Notes: generated by a model not told the origin, from the sequence alone. DNA of 64,000 nt from an uncultured Gemmatimonadales bacterium (GCA_963842945.1 CAWJIM010000019.1:160001-224000); one strand, 5' to 3'. Shown: positions 8,549-18,292, counted from the stretch's first letter. Program-made: numbers and translations.

Positions 8549-10081
8549 GTGACCTTCCAGCGCAAACTCCTTCTTGGATTTTCACTTATGGCGCTCCCGG
8601 CTCTCGCGGTCGGGGCCAGCGCCATTCGGAGCAATCTGCTGGAGCGGCGGGCCCTGCAGGCGCTGGGCGAAAGCATGGCTCGCACCCGGACGTATGCCGA
8701 GCTGGAAACCGCCATGTTCGACCAGAGTGAGGTGATCTGGCGCTACCTGAGCGGCCTGGACCCAAGTGCACGTAACGAATTCCGGCTGACCGGGCAGGTG
8801 GTGGACTATTGGCAGCAACGCTGGGCCGCCGAGCTCCGACCGGAAGAAATGGGACTCGCCGAGAGCGTCCGCGGCATTCAGCAGCAGATTCAAACGGCGG
8901 CCGACAGCATCTTCCGGCTATACGATTCAGGACGGCGGCAGGCTGCGTTCAACACCGCCCAGCAGGAGCTCAAGGGACGTCTACTCCCCGCGCTCACTCA
9001 GCTGAACCGGGAGATCTACCGGCAGGCACGCGAGTCCAGCGTGCGGGGAGCCTACGCCCGGGTGGAAGAGATTCTCGCCGGTCAGAAGCGGATCCTGGTG
9101 TTGACCTTGATTCTGTCTCTGGTTGGCGGCCTGCTCGCCTCCTGGTTGATCTCTCGCAGTCTGGCCCGGCCGCTACGAGAGCTCACCGGTGCCATGGCGA
9201 CCGTCGGCGCCGGCCGGCTGGACCACCCGGTCACCGCCACTTCTCGCGACGAGGTTGGGGCCCTGGCGCATGCCTTCGGCGACATGACCGACAAGCTGCG
9301 CCAGTCGCGGAGCGACCTGCTCCGCCTCAATACCGAGCTCGAGACCAAGATCTCCCAACTCGAGCGGACCCAGGCCCAGCTGGTGCAGTCGGAGAAGCTG
9401 GCCTCGATCGGAGAGATGTCGGCGGCGGTGGCCCACGGGCTCCGCAACCCGCTGGCGAGTCTGCGAGCCGCCGCCCAGCTGGTCCGACGTCACCCCGATG
9501 CACCCTCGGCCACCGAACATCTCACCGCGATCATCGACGAGGTAGATCGCCTCGACCGCCGGATCAGCCATCTGCTGAGCTTCTCCCGCCCCGCTCCATA
9601 TCACCCGCTGCAGGAGAATGTCCCCCGCCTGATCGAAGGCCTGCTACCCGCCTTTGCCGAGTCGCTGCGCGAGCGTGGGGTCGAACTGGCGCTCGATCTC
9701 CCGCCTCTGCTGCCCCAGGTTCGGGTCGACCCGATGCAGCTGGAACAGGCGCTGCTGGAAGTCGTCTCCAACGCCCTCGATGCCATGCCCAGCGGCGGGA
9801 CGCTGCGAATCTCCGCCACGCCAGCAGCGAGCAACGGCAGCCAGCCCTCCGAGGTAACGATCGAAATTGCCGACACCGGACCGGGAATTCCCGACCAGGT
9901 CATGCCATCGGTCTGCGAGCCGTTCTTCACTACCCGCCAGGACGGAACCGGATTGGGCCTCGCTATCGCCAAGCGGTACATCGAGCAAAACGGCGGACGG
10001 CTGGAGATCCTGAGCCGGCCGGGCGGGACCACGGTTCGGGTACGGCTCCCGGCGGCGGTTCGGAATGAGGCGGTCGTATGA
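8549..10081 (+). CDS. Membrane sensor histidine kinase (periplasmic helical sensor, HAMP, HisKA, HATPase)
   Basis: Two TM segments, HAMP (DEVGALA), H-box AHGLRNPL, N-box, DTGPGI, PFFTT and GTGLGL. Confidence 0.93.
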   Translation: MTFQRKLLLGFSLMALPALAVGASAIRSNLLERRALQALGESMARTRTYAELETAMFDQSEVIWRYLSGLDPSARNEFRLTGQVVDYWQQRWAAELRPEEMGLAESVRGIQQQIQTAADSIFRLYDSGRRQAAFNTAQQELKGRLLPALTQLNREIYRQARESSVRGAYARVEEILAGQKRILVLTLILSLVGGLLASWLISRSLARPLRELTGAMATVGAGRLDHPVTATSRDEVGALAHAFGDMTDKLRQSRSDLLRLNTELETKISQLERTQAQLVQSEKLASIGEMSAAVAHGLRNPLASLRAAAQLVRRHPDAPSATEHLTAIIDEVDRLDRRISHLLSFSRPAPYHPLQENVPRLIEGLLPAFAESLRERGVELALDLPPLLPQVRVDPMQLEQALLEVVSNALDAMPSGGTLRISATPAASNGSQPSEVTIEIADTGPGIPDQVMPSVCEPFFTTRQDGTGLGLAIAKRYIEQNGGRLEILSRPGGTTVRVRLPAAVRNEAVV

Positions 10082-11489
10082 CGGCCAGCGGCGGCACGGT
10101 GCTGATCGTGGACGACGAGCGGACCCTGGCCCGCGCGGTCAAGGCCTTTCTGGCCGAAGCCGGCTATGAGGCGGAGGTCGCGGGCGATGGGGAACAGGCG
10201 CTGGCACTGGTCCAGACGCTCAGGCCGGACGTGGTGTTCACCGACGTTCGGTTACCCGGTATGAGCGGCATCGACCTGCTCCGTCGGATCCGGGAGTTCG
10301 ATCCCGCCATTCCGGTCATCATCATGACGGCCTATGGGACCATAGAAGGAGCCGTGGAGGCGGTGAAGCTGGGCGCGTTCGACTACATGAAGAAGCCGGT
10401 CGATCTCGAGGAGCTGAAGCTCCTGGCCGACCGGGCCCGGGAGAACGCAATGCTTCGGCAGGAGCTGTCCTACTATCGCCGGCGGGCCGCGAACGAGGTC
10501 CCTCTCACCGGACTGTTGGGACAATCCGCCTCCGTGCTGGCGGTGATGGACCAGGTACGGCAGGTGGCCGAGCTCGATGAGACGCCACCGGTCCTGATTA
10601 CCGGCGAGACCGGCACCGGCAAGGGGTTGGTCGCCCGAACCCTTCACCAGCTCAGTCGCCGGGCCGGTAAGCCCTTCATTGACGTGAACTGCACGGCTCT
10701 TCCGGCCAACCTCATGGAGGCGGAGCTGTTTGGGCACGAACGCGGCGCTTTCACCGATGCCAAGGAATCCAAGCTGGGGCTGTTCGAGGCGGCCGAAGGC
10801 GGATTCATCTTCCTGGATGAGGTGGGAGACCTCGAGCTGGCCTGCAGGGCAAGCTCCTCCGGGCGATCGAGGAGCGAATGGTGCGCCGAGTGGGGGGAAT
10901 TCGGGACCGCCGGATCGACGTGCGCATCCTCGCCGCCACGAACCGGAATCTTGAGCGCCAGGTCCAGCAGAACCTGTTTCGGGGAGACCTCTACTTCCGC
11001 CTGGCGGTCATCCTGCTCCACCTGCCGCCGCTGCGGGAGCGGGGAGAGGACATCGGCCTGCTGGCCGAACATTTCCTGCGCCGGTTCAGCAGCAAGTACG
11101 GCAAGGGAACCCGGCGGATCGACGACCGCGCGCGCCAGGCCTTGATGGCCTACCCCTGGCCAGGGAACGTGCGGGAGCTGAGTCACGTCATCGAACGGGC
11201 GGTGCTCTGGAGCCGGGATCACCTTCTGACCGTGGATGACCTGTCCCTGGCCACTCCGCTCCAGTCCAGCGGCAGTTGGGATGGCCCGAGCGTGGTCCCG
11301 GCGCAGGAAGCCGCCTCCAGCCCTGCCGTCGAGCCGGCCGGCAGCGATCTCACCCAGTGGGAGCGGAGTCTGATTGAACGCGCCATGCGCGAATCCGGGG
11401 GGAACCAGACCAAGGCGGCTCAGCGCCTGGGCATTACCCGGGACACTCTCCGATATCGGCTGAAGAAGTTTGGTCTTCAGGGTGGGTGA
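10078..11489 (+). CDS. Sigma-54-dependent response regulator (NtrC family); apparent frameshift ~10840
   Basis: REC (VDDE, DVRLPG), Walker A GETGTGK, GAFTDA, FLDEV, then in the second frame ATNR, FRGDLYFRL, WPGNVREL and a Fis HTH. ATGA overlap with the kinase. Confidence 0.92.
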
Positions 11490-11498
11490 TATCACCCA
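11483..11498. promoter_or_regulatory. Perfect 16-bp palindrome, candidate upstream activator site
   Basis: TGGGTGATATCACCCA, centred ~120 bp upstream of the sigma-54 -24 element. A second copy lies at 11662-11677. Confidence 0.6.
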
Positions 11499-11608
11499 AT
11501 CTGACCCTCTGTCCCCCACCCAAAGCCTCTCACTCACGATCCGACTCTCCACCGCCAAGCTTCGCCCTGACAGAGCCTTGGGCTGCACTTCAGGTTTCCT
11601 GGATATGG

Positions 11609-11624
11609 TGGCACAACCAATGCC
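11609..11624 (+). promoter_or_regulatory. Sigma-54 (-24/-12) promoter of the pqq operon
   Basis: TGGCAC-AACCA-ATGC with exact GG-N10-GC spacing, ~95 bp before pqqA and next to a bEBP gene. Confidence 0.7.
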
Positions 11625-11660
11625 TTACCCACAGTGTCGTCGGGTCTCGCGACGGCCCGG

Positions 11661-11678
11661 CTGGGTGAGATCACCCAG
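11661..11678. promoter_or_regulatory. Second copy of the TGGGTGA-N2-TCACCCA palindrome, in the pqqA leader
   Basis: CTGGGTGA-GA-TCACCCAG. Confidence 0.55.
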
Positions 11679-11717
11679 TGTCGATGTCAGCTTACTCACT
11701 ACCCATTGGAGCTAGAG

Positions 11718-11792
11718 ATGACCTGGACCAAGCCTGAAGCGGAAGTCGTAGCCGTCACGATGGAAGTGACTGCATACGTCGCGACGCTCTAA
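11718..11792 (+). CDS. pqqA: PQQ precursor peptide PqqA (24 aa)
   Basis: Below the ORF-track cutoff. MTWTKPEAEVVAVTMEVTAYVATL has the WTKP leader and ExxxY (EVTAY) core. GGAG RBS, directly upstream of pqqB. Confidence 0.95.
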   Translation: MTWTKPEAEVVAVTMEVTAYVATL

Positions 11793-11806
11793 TCACAGCG
11801 GTAACT

Positions 11807-11832
11807 GAGGGGCCCGCGTAAGCGGGCCCTTC
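11807..11832 (+). terminator. GC-rich hairpin between pqqA and pqqB (attenuator/stabiliser, no U-tract)
   Basis: GAGGGGCCCGC-GTAA-GCGGGCCCTTC, an 11-bp stem with a GNRA loop. Confidence 0.6.
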
Positions 11833-11843
11833 GGCTGTCAAAC

Positions 11844-12749
11844 TTGCACGTCGTTCTCCTGGGCACCGCCGCTGGCGGGGGATTTCCGCAGTGGAACTGC
11901 TGGTGTCCCACCTGCTGCTCGGGACGATCCCAGCCCCACCGAGCCATTCCCCGCACTCAGTCATCGGCCGCAGTCAGCGCCGATGGCGAGCGCTGGTTTC
12001 TGCTGAATGCCTCGCCCGACGTCCGCGCTCAGCTGGCCTGCCTGCCCGGACTCCGGCCCACCGGCGTGCGCCACGTCCCGGCGGAAGGAATCGTGATCAC
12101 TGATGCCGAGCTCGATCACACCTTGGGAATGGTGCTCCTTCGCGAGGCGCGGTCACTGCAGCTCTATCTGACCGGAGCGGTGCAGTCGATCCTCGAGGAG
12201 GACTCGAGGCTGCTCCCGGTCACCCGCGCCTTTGCCGAGGTGACGGTTACTCAGCTTACCCCGGGCCAGCGCACCGCTCTCCATTATCGCGATGGTAAGA
12301 CCTGCCGGATCTGGGTGGAGCCCATCGAGGTCCCGGCCGGCCCGCCTCGGTTCGCCCCCAACTCGGCGAAAGGGCACACCACGGGGCTGATCATCGGAGA
12401 CGAAGCCACCGGCGGACGTTGCGCCTTCGTGCCGGGGTGCGGCGAATTGAGCCCGTCGTTGCTGGAGAAGCTGGAGCAGACCGATCTCCTCCTCTTCGAC
12501 GGGACCTTCTGGAGCAACGACGAGCTGATCGAATTGGGCATCAGCGATCGAACCGCGCGAGAGATGGATCACCTCCCGGTGTCCGGACCAGATGGGAGTC
12601 TGGCCCGGCTTTCACCGATAGACGCGCGCAAAGTTTACACCCACATCAACAACAGCAATCCAATGCTCCTGGAGGACTCGCCCGAGCGTTCAGCAGTCGA
12701 GCAGGCGGGGATTCTGGTGGGAGCGGACGGGATGAGCTTTACCCTGTGA
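11844..12749 (+). CDS. pqqB: PQQ biosynthesis protein PqqB
   Basis: LGTAAGGGFPQWNCWCPTC, RTQSS, LNASPD, DGTFW and HINNSNP. TTG start. Confidence 0.95.
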   Translation: MHVVLLGTAAGGGFPQWNCWCPTCCSGRSQPHRAIPRTQSSAAVSADGERWFLLNASPDVRAQLACLPGLRPTGVRHVPAEGIVITDAELDHTLGMVLLREARSLQLYLTGAVQSILEEDSRLLPVTRAFAEVTVTQLTPGQRTALHYRDGKTCRIWVEPIEVPAGPPRFAPNSAKGHTTGLIIGDEATGGRCAFVPGCGELSPSLLEKLEQTDLLLFDGTFWSNDELIELGISDRTAREMDHLPVSGPDGSLARLSPIDARKVYTHINNSNPMLLEDSPERSAVEQAGILVGADGMSFTL

Positions 12750-12751
12750 CC

Positions 12752-13504
12752 ATGACCACTGCCCTCAATGCGTCGGAGCTGGCTGCCCCACCTCCACCGC
12801 CGATTCCTGGACTCAACCGGCCGCTGTCTCCCGACGCGTTGGCCGAGAGTCTTCGCGCATTCAGCACCTCCTACTACGCTCACCATCCGTTCCATCAGCT
12901 GATGCATGAGGGACGGCTCACGCCACGTCAGCTGCAGGGCTGGGTGGCCAACCGGCTGGCGTATCAGCGCGCGATCCCCCGGAAGGATGCGGCGATCATC
13001 TCCAACTGTCCGCTCCCCGAGGTGCGCCGCGCCTGGATGCAGCGCATCGTGGATCACGACGGCACCGAGCCGGGAACCGGTGGCATCGAGATGTGGATTC
13101 GCCTGGGCGAGGCGGTAGGAGTTCCCCGGGTAGAGATGGAGGACGAACGGCACGTCCTGCCGGGAGTCCGGTTCGCGGCCGAAGCGTACGTGACCTTCTG
13201 TAAGACCAGGCCGTGGATCGAAGCAGTGGCTTCCTCGCTGACCGAGCTTTTTGCTCCCGGTCTCATGCGCAGCCGGATCGCGGCGTTTCCCGAGCACTAT
13301 CCCTGGGTGCGCCCGGAAGGATTGGCGTACTTCCGGAGCCGCCTGGTTCAGGCTCCACGGGACAGCCAGCAGGGCCTGACCCTGGTTCAGGAGCACTGCA
13401 CCACGGTTGACACGCAACGGCGCGCGTTCGAAGCGCTGGCGTTCAAGCTCGAGATGCTGTGGGTGATGATCGACACCATCCATCACGCGTATGGAGAGTC
13501 ATAG
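12752..13504 (+). CDS. pqqC: PQQ synthase PqqC
   Basis: YYAHHPFH, WVANRLAYQRAIPRKDAAI, RIVDHDG and SSLTELFAP. Start moved to ATG 12752. Confidence 0.95.
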   Translation: MTTALNASELAAPPPPPIPGLNRPLSPDALAESLRAFSTSYYAHHPFHQLMHEGRLTPRQLQGWVANRLAYQRAIPRKDAAIISNCPLPEVRRAWMQRIVDHDGTEPGTGGIEMWIRLGEAVGVPRVEMEDERHVLPGVRFAAEAYVTFCKTRPWIEAVASSLTELFAPGLMRSRIAAFPEHYPWVRPEGLAYFRSRLVQAPRDSQQGLTLVQEHCTTVDTQRRAFEALAFKLEMLWVMIDTIHHAYGES

Positions 13505-13790
13505 CGTGGCGCCGGATTCCAGGCTCCTCACGCCCGAGTCCAGGCCGAAACTCTGGCGGCTCGCCCGCCTGGATTTCGATCCGGTACGGCAGCGGCCCGT
13601 CCTGCTGTATCCCGAGGGCGCCGTGCTCCTCAACGACACCGGTGCCGCCATCCTGGAGCTCTGCAACGGCGCCCGTAGCGTGGCGGACATCGTGACCGTC
13701 CTCAACGAGCGTTACCATGCCGATGTGGAAGCTGACGTGACTGAATACCTCGACCAGATGGCCCAGCGGGAGCTGATCCGTGCCGGCTGA
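13491..13790 (+). CDS. pqqD: PqqA peptide chaperone PqqD
   Basis: VLLYPEGAVLLNDTGAAILELCNG, and position in the operon. Confidence 0.93.
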   Translation: MESHSVAPDSRLLTPESRPKLWRLARLDFDPVRQRPVLLYPEGAVLLNDTGAAILELCNGARSVADIVTVLNERYHADVEADVTEYLDQMAQRELIRAG

Positions 13791-14868
13791 CCGCCCGACC
13801 ACCCTGCTGGCAGAGCTGACCCACCGCTGTCCGCTGCACTGCCCCTACTGCTCCAACCCCATCGAGCTGATGCGAGCCGAGGCGGAGCTGACCACGGACG
13901 AGTGGAAGCGGGTCTTCAGCGAGGCTCGTTCACTGGGCGTGCTACAACTGGGTCTATCCGGAGGCGAGCCTCTGCTGCGGAAGGACCTCGAGGACATGGC
14001 CGCGCACGCCAGATCGGTGGGACTCTACTCGACCCTGGTTACCTCGGGGCTGGGTCTCACGCGCGCCCGGGCGGAACGGCTCAAAGAGATTGGCCTGGAG
14101 CACATTCAGATCTCGATCCAGGACTCTGACCCCGAGGTGGCCGAGCGGATTGCGGGAGTCCGATCGGTGCGGCACAAGCAGGCTGCCGCCCAGCTGGTAC
14201 GCGAGTTGGGATTTGCCTTCACCGTGAACGTGGTGCTGCACCGGGCCAATCTGGACCGGATCGAACAGATCATCGACCTGGCCGCCAATCTCGGCGCCGA
14301 CCGCGTCGAGCTGGCCAATACCCAGTATTACGGATGGGGGCTCCGGAACCGGTCGGTGCTGCAACCGACTCGCGAGCAGGTCGAGCGCTCACGTGAGGTC
14401 GCCGAGCGCGCCATCCAGCGTTACCGGGGCCGGATGCAGATCACTTATGTCCTGCCGGACTATTACGAGGCGTTTCCCAAGGCCTGCTATGGCGGGTGGG
14501 GCAAGCTGTATCTGGTGGTCGCACCCAATGGAGACGTCTTGCCCTGCCATGGCGCCACCCAGATCACGGGCCTCAGCTTCGACAACATCCGCGACCATTC
14601 ACTCGATTGGATCTGGCGGGAGTCGGAGGCGTTCGCGCTGTTTCGGGGTGATAGCTGGATGAAGGAGCCCTGCCGGAGCTGTCCTCGGAAGACCGTGGAC
14701 TTCGGCGGCTGTCGGTGTCAGGCGTTTGCCCTTACGGGCGACGCTGCAAATACCGATCCGGTGTGTACCCTGACGCCCTTGCGCCAGATCGTCGACCAGG
14801 CGCTGGAGGAACCCGCCCTGCCGGACTATCAGTATCGCTACCCCTCCGAAGCTCCCTTGCCGGTCTGA
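13780..14868 (+). CDS. pqqE: Radical SAM/SPASM enzyme PqqE
   Basis: LAELTHRCPLHCPYCSNP (CxxxCxxC), ANTQYYGW and SPASM cysteines (CYGGWG, LPCH, CRSC..DFGGCRCQA..DPVC). Confidence 0.96.
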   Translation: MPADRPTTLLAELTHRCPLHCPYCSNPIELMRAEAELTTDEWKRVFSEARSLGVLQLGLSGGEPLLRKDLEDMAAHARSVGLYSTLVTSGLGLTRARAERLKEIGLEHIQISIQDSDPEVAERIAGVRSVRHKQAAAQLVRELGFAFTVNVVLHRANLDRIEQIIDLAANLGADRVELANTQYYGWGLRNRSVLQPTREQVERSREVAERAIQRYRGRMQITYVLPDYYEAFPKACYGGWGKLYLVVAPNGDVLPCHGATQITGLSFDNIRDHSLDWIWRESEAFALFRGDSWMKEPCRSCPRKTVDFGGCRCQAFALTGDAANTDPVCTLTPLRQIVDQALEEPALPDYQYRYPSEAPLPV

Positions 14869-15689
14869 CGAACAGCTCCACCTCCGGTACATCGGTTGAC
14901 CGGTACTCGAAGGTCGCGGCGCAGGCTGATCCGTTGCTCGGCCCGGGCCCGTACCGCCTGCGGTACAGCCCGGCTGGCCGGCACGCTGGTCTCCACCACG
15001 ATAGTCCGGTCCCGCCTCAGTAAACCCAGCCCAGGATGCCAGACAAAGGTCCCCCGTTCTCGGCTGATCTGCTCCAGAGTCAGCGGTATGGTGTCGTACT
15101 GGACCGGAACGCTTCTGGTCTTCCGCGTGGCCTCGAGCGCATACCGGTATAGCGGCAGTCCGGACAACGCACTGTCCGATAGCCGCTGAATCCGAAGCCC
15201 TGACGTGTCGGTCCAGACCTCGCCCGGGTGAAGCGGACCTGGGGGGAGCTCCGGGAAGAAATCGTCCAGGGCCTTTGCCATGTCCGACACCTCCGCCACC
15301 TCTCCCGGAACGAAAGGCTGGACTCGGGTCAGGTACTTGCCCCCCGGGCGGAGCACTCCCCGGTAGCGGCCACCGATGAGACCGTCGGTATCGGGACGAA
15401 TCGTGGTCTCCGGAGACCGGCGGAGCAGGACCAGGGTGTCCAGCCAGCCGGTCAGCGCCACGCCGTTGTTCGCCGGCTCCGCCCTGAACTGCCACACGCC
15501 TCTTCGCTCGACAGTCTGCTCCCGGCTCTGGCGTCCGGTCTGGGTGACAATGGTGGTTTGGGAGGTTTCCAGAAATTGCGCGCACTGCAACTGCGGCACA
15601 GCGTAGCCGAGTGTCGGGTCCGTTTGGGCGCCAAGGAAGCCCGGACCTGCCAACGCCGCTAGCAGCAGCGCTGCGGAGCGGCATCCCAC
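14838..15689 (-). CDS. Exported hypothetical protein (predicted beta-rich)
   Basis: N-terminal signal peptide (SAALLLAALAGPGFLGAQ). Follows the P5C dehydrogenase gene by 6 bp. Confidence 0.6.
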   Translation of the reverse strand: MGCRSAALLLAALAGPGFLGAQTDPTLGYAVPQLQCAQFLETSQTTIVTQTGRQSREQTVERRGVWQFRAEPANNGVALTGWLDTLVLLRRSPETTIRPDTDGLIGGRYRGVLRPGGKYLTRVQPFVPGEVAEVSDMAKALDDFFPELPPGPLHPGEVWTDTSGLRIQRLSDSALSGLPLYRYALEATRKTRSVPVQYDTIPLTLEQISRERGTFVWHPGLGLLRRDRTIVVETSVPASRAVPQAVRARAEQRISLRRDLRVPVNRCTGGGAVRQTGKGASEG

Positions 15690-15695
15690 CAGGTT

Positions 15696-17327
15696 CTACT
15701 CCGCCTCCATGAACGGGTAGCGATACTCCTTCGGTGGGCTGAGCGTCTCCTTGATGCTCCGGGGCGATACCCAGCGAAGCAGATTCAGGATCGATCCTGC
15801 CTTGTCGTTGGTCCCGCTGGCACGGCTCCCACCGAACGGCTGCTGGCCGACCACGGCTCCCGTCGGCTTGTCGTTGATGTAGTAGTTACCGGCAGAGTGT
15901 CGCAGTGCTCGATCGGCCTCGGCAATGGCCCTCCGGTCCCGCGCAAACACCGCCCCGGTAAGAGCGTAAGGACTGGTTTGATCCACCAGCTTCAGCGTCT
16001 CCTGCCACTTGCCGGCGGGATACACGTGCACCGTCAACACTGGACCGAAGATCTCCTCGCACATCAAGCGGTAGGCTGGATTCTCCGCCTGGATCAGAGT
16101 GGGCTGCACAAAGTAGCCCACCGAGTCGTCAGTCCCGCCGCCGGCCAGCACCTTGACTCCCGGATCTCGCTTCGCGGCCTCGAGATGATCCTTCAGCCGG
16201 GTGAACGCCCGCCGGTCGATGACTGCGCCCATGAAGTTTCTGAAATCAGCCACATCGCCCACCCGGATGTCCTCGATCAGGGGAACGACGCGATCTCGAA
16301 CCTCCGGCCAGATAGTGTCCGGGATGTAGGCCCGGGATGCCGCACTGCACTTCTGGCCCTGGTATTCGTACGCCCCACGCACGATGCCAACAGCGAGAGC
16401 ATCCAGGTCCGCACTGGTATGAGCCAGGATGAAGTCCTTGCCTCCGGTCTCCCCCACGATCCGGGGATATCCGGCGTAGCGATCGAGATTGTCGGCTACC
16501 GATCTCCACAGAGTCTGAAACACTGCGGTCGAACCGGTGAAATGGATGCCGGCCAGCCGGCGATCGGACAGCAGAAGATTGCTCACTTCGATCGAATCGC
16601 CGGGGAGAAAGTTGATCACGCCGGGCGGTAAGCCCGCTTCCACCAGGAGCCGGTAGAAGTACCAATTGCTCAACATCGCGGTGGCCGACGGCTTCCAGAC
16701 CACCGCGTTTCCCATCAGGGCAGGCGCGGTCGGCAGGTTCCCGCCAATAGCCGTGAAGTTGAACGGCGTGATGGCGTACACGAACCCCTCCAGCGGCCGG
16801 TGGTCGAGACGGTTCCAGACACCCGGCGCCGAATCTGGCTGCTCGGCGTAGATGCGCTCGGCGTAGTGTACGTTGAAGCGGAGGAAATCGATCAGCTCGC
16901 AGGCGCTGTCAATCTCGGCCTGGTATGCGGTCTTGCTCTGGCCCAGCATGGTTGCCGCGTTCAGGAGCTGCCGATGGGTGCCGGCCAGCATCTCAGCGGC
17001 CCGGAGGAAGACGGCGGCGCGGTCTTCGAACCGCCAGTGGCCCCAGTCCTGTTGGGCCTGTACCGCGGACTCGACCGCGCTCTCGATGGTGCCCCGATCG
17101 GCCTGATGGGCCTTGGCCAGCACCCGCCCGTGACAATGAGGCGAAACCACGTCATGGGTGTTGCCGGTTCGAATCTCCCGCCCGTTTACTACCGCGGGGA
17201 TATCGGCCTGCCGTGCACCTACCGATCCCAGCGCCGCCTTGAGGACGGTACGCTCGGGCGAACCCGGTGCATAGTTGAGCACGGGCTCATTGCGGGGATG
17301 GGGAATATTCGAGGTACCGCTCATCAC
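15696..17327 (-). CDS. pruA: Delta-1-pyrroline-5-carboxylate dehydrogenase
   Basis: NEPVLNYAPGSPER, PFNFTAIGGNL, FTGST, GETGGK, EYQGQKCSA, EEIFGP and QQPFGG..SGTNDKAG. Confidence 0.93.
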   Translation of the reverse strand: MMSGTSNIPHPRNEPVLNYAPGSPERTVLKAALGSVGARQADIPAVVNGREIRTGNTHDVVSPHCHGRVLAKAHQADRGTIESAVESAVQAQQDWGHWRFEDRAAVFLRAAEMLAGTHRQLLNAATMLGQSKTAYQAEIDSACELIDFLRFNVHYAERIYAEQPDSAPGVWNRLDHRPLEGFVYAITPFNFTAIGGNLPTAPALMGNAVVWKPSATAMLSNWYFYRLLVEAGLPPGVINFLPGDSIEVSNLLLSDRRLAGIHFTGSTAVFQTLWRSVADNLDRYAGYPRIVGETGGKDFILAHTSADLDALAVGIVRGAYEYQGQKCSAASRAYIPDTIWPEVRDRVVPLIEDIRVGDVADFRNFMGAVIDRRAFTRLKDHLEAAKRDPGVKVLAGGGTDDSVGYFVQPTLIQAENPAYRLMCEEIFGPVLTVHVYPAGKWQETLKLVDQTSPYALTGAVFARDRRAIAEADRALRHSAGNYYINDKPTGAVVGQQPFGGSRASGTNDKAGSILNLLRWVSPRSIKETLSPPKEYRYPFMEAE

Positions 17328-17359
17328 TGCACCAGAAGCCAGAGGTCTGGTGAAGATAA

Positions 17360-18292
17360 TCAGAAGAGTCCGGCGGGCGGCTTTCCGGGGCCGGCCACGA
17401 GAGGCTGCTCCAGCAGAGTAAATCCGTTCTGCTTGATGATGGCTTTTCCCTCGGGCGAAAGCACGAAGCGGACGAAGGCTTCGGCAGTGTGAGGGTGAGA
17501 CGCCTTGATGGGAATGGTCAGGGCATACACGATCGGTTCACCCCGGAACTCGACCGAGTCCGGTCCGGCCCGATGCTCAGCCGGTAACCGGACAGATGCC
17601 TGAGCATACTGCTCGGCCAGCTTGGGGCTACTCAGGTCTATTTCGTCGGGCAGGTCGACGTAGTGGAGACCCGCGGTGCGAGCAATGGATGCGTAGGACC
17701 AGGAGTAGTCCAGCTCGCCGGCCTGAACCAGTGCGGTGAGATCGGCTTCCTTGGGCCGCATATACCGTGGGGGAAACGCCCGTTCCAGCTTGCCGGCCAA
17801 ACCTGGCTGGTGATAGAACTTCTCGGCCAACTGAAATACCATGAGGGCCCGGTAACCGTTGGGATCGAGCGATGGATCCGAGCGGCCGGCCCGTATGCCT
17901 GGCCGAAGGAGCACCTGCCACCAGTTTTGCGGGTTGATTTCCTTGGCCCCGATGGACTGGTCGCTGTAGATCAAGACCATCGAGTTGCGGGCAAAGGTGG
18001 CATACCAGCTGGCATGCTGGGGAATCAGTAGTTTGGCAATGACGCCATAATCGGCGACGCCTATCACGTCAGGAATCTTGCCCAGATCGGTCAGCTTTCG
18101 GGCTGCCTCCAGGCTTCCCGAATTCTCCTGGGCCGGAACGACGTTTGGATGGGTGGCTTTGAACGCTTTGAGCAACTCGCTGAACGGCTTGGCCAGGCTG
18201 CCGGCATTGAATACCACCAGCGGTCCGGCCACGGTGTCCTGAGCCGCAAGATTATGAGGCGCAGCCAGCAGAAGCGCGATGAGCCATTTCAT
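17360..18292 (-). CDS. WtpA/ModA-like tungstate/molybdate ABC substrate-binding protein
   Basis: Signal peptide, VFNAGSL, ENSGSLEAARK, DVIGVADY, SDPSLDPNGYR and PIVYALTIP. Confidence 0.8.
   Translation of the reverse strand: MKWLIALLLAAPHNLAAQDTVAGPLVVFNAGSLAKPFSELLKAFKATHPNVVPAQENSGSLEAARKLTDLGKIPDVIGVADYGVIAKLLIPQHASWYATFARNSMVLIYSDQSIGAKEINPQNWWQVLLRPGIRAGRSDPSLDPNGYRALMVFQLAEKFYHQPGLAGKLERAFPPRYMRPKEADLTALVQAGELDYSWSYASIARTAGLHYVDLPDEIDLSSPKLAEQYAQASVRLPAEHRAGPDSVEFRGEPIVYALTIPIKASHPHTAEAFVRFVLSPEGKAIIKQNGFTLLEQPLVAGPGKPPAGLF

Noticed and set aside
10840..10860. Programmed frameshifting in the sigma-54 regulator or other split genes
   Set aside because: No slippery heptamer is evident, and the window-wide indel pattern favours sequencing error.
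12419..12751. Long N-terminal extension of PqqC
   Set aside because: It lies inside pqqB. ATG 12752 follows the pqqB stop by 2 bp.
17166..17180. GGTTCGAATC T-loop-like motif
   Set aside because: It is inside the P5C dehydrogenase CDS and no cloverleaf forms around it.
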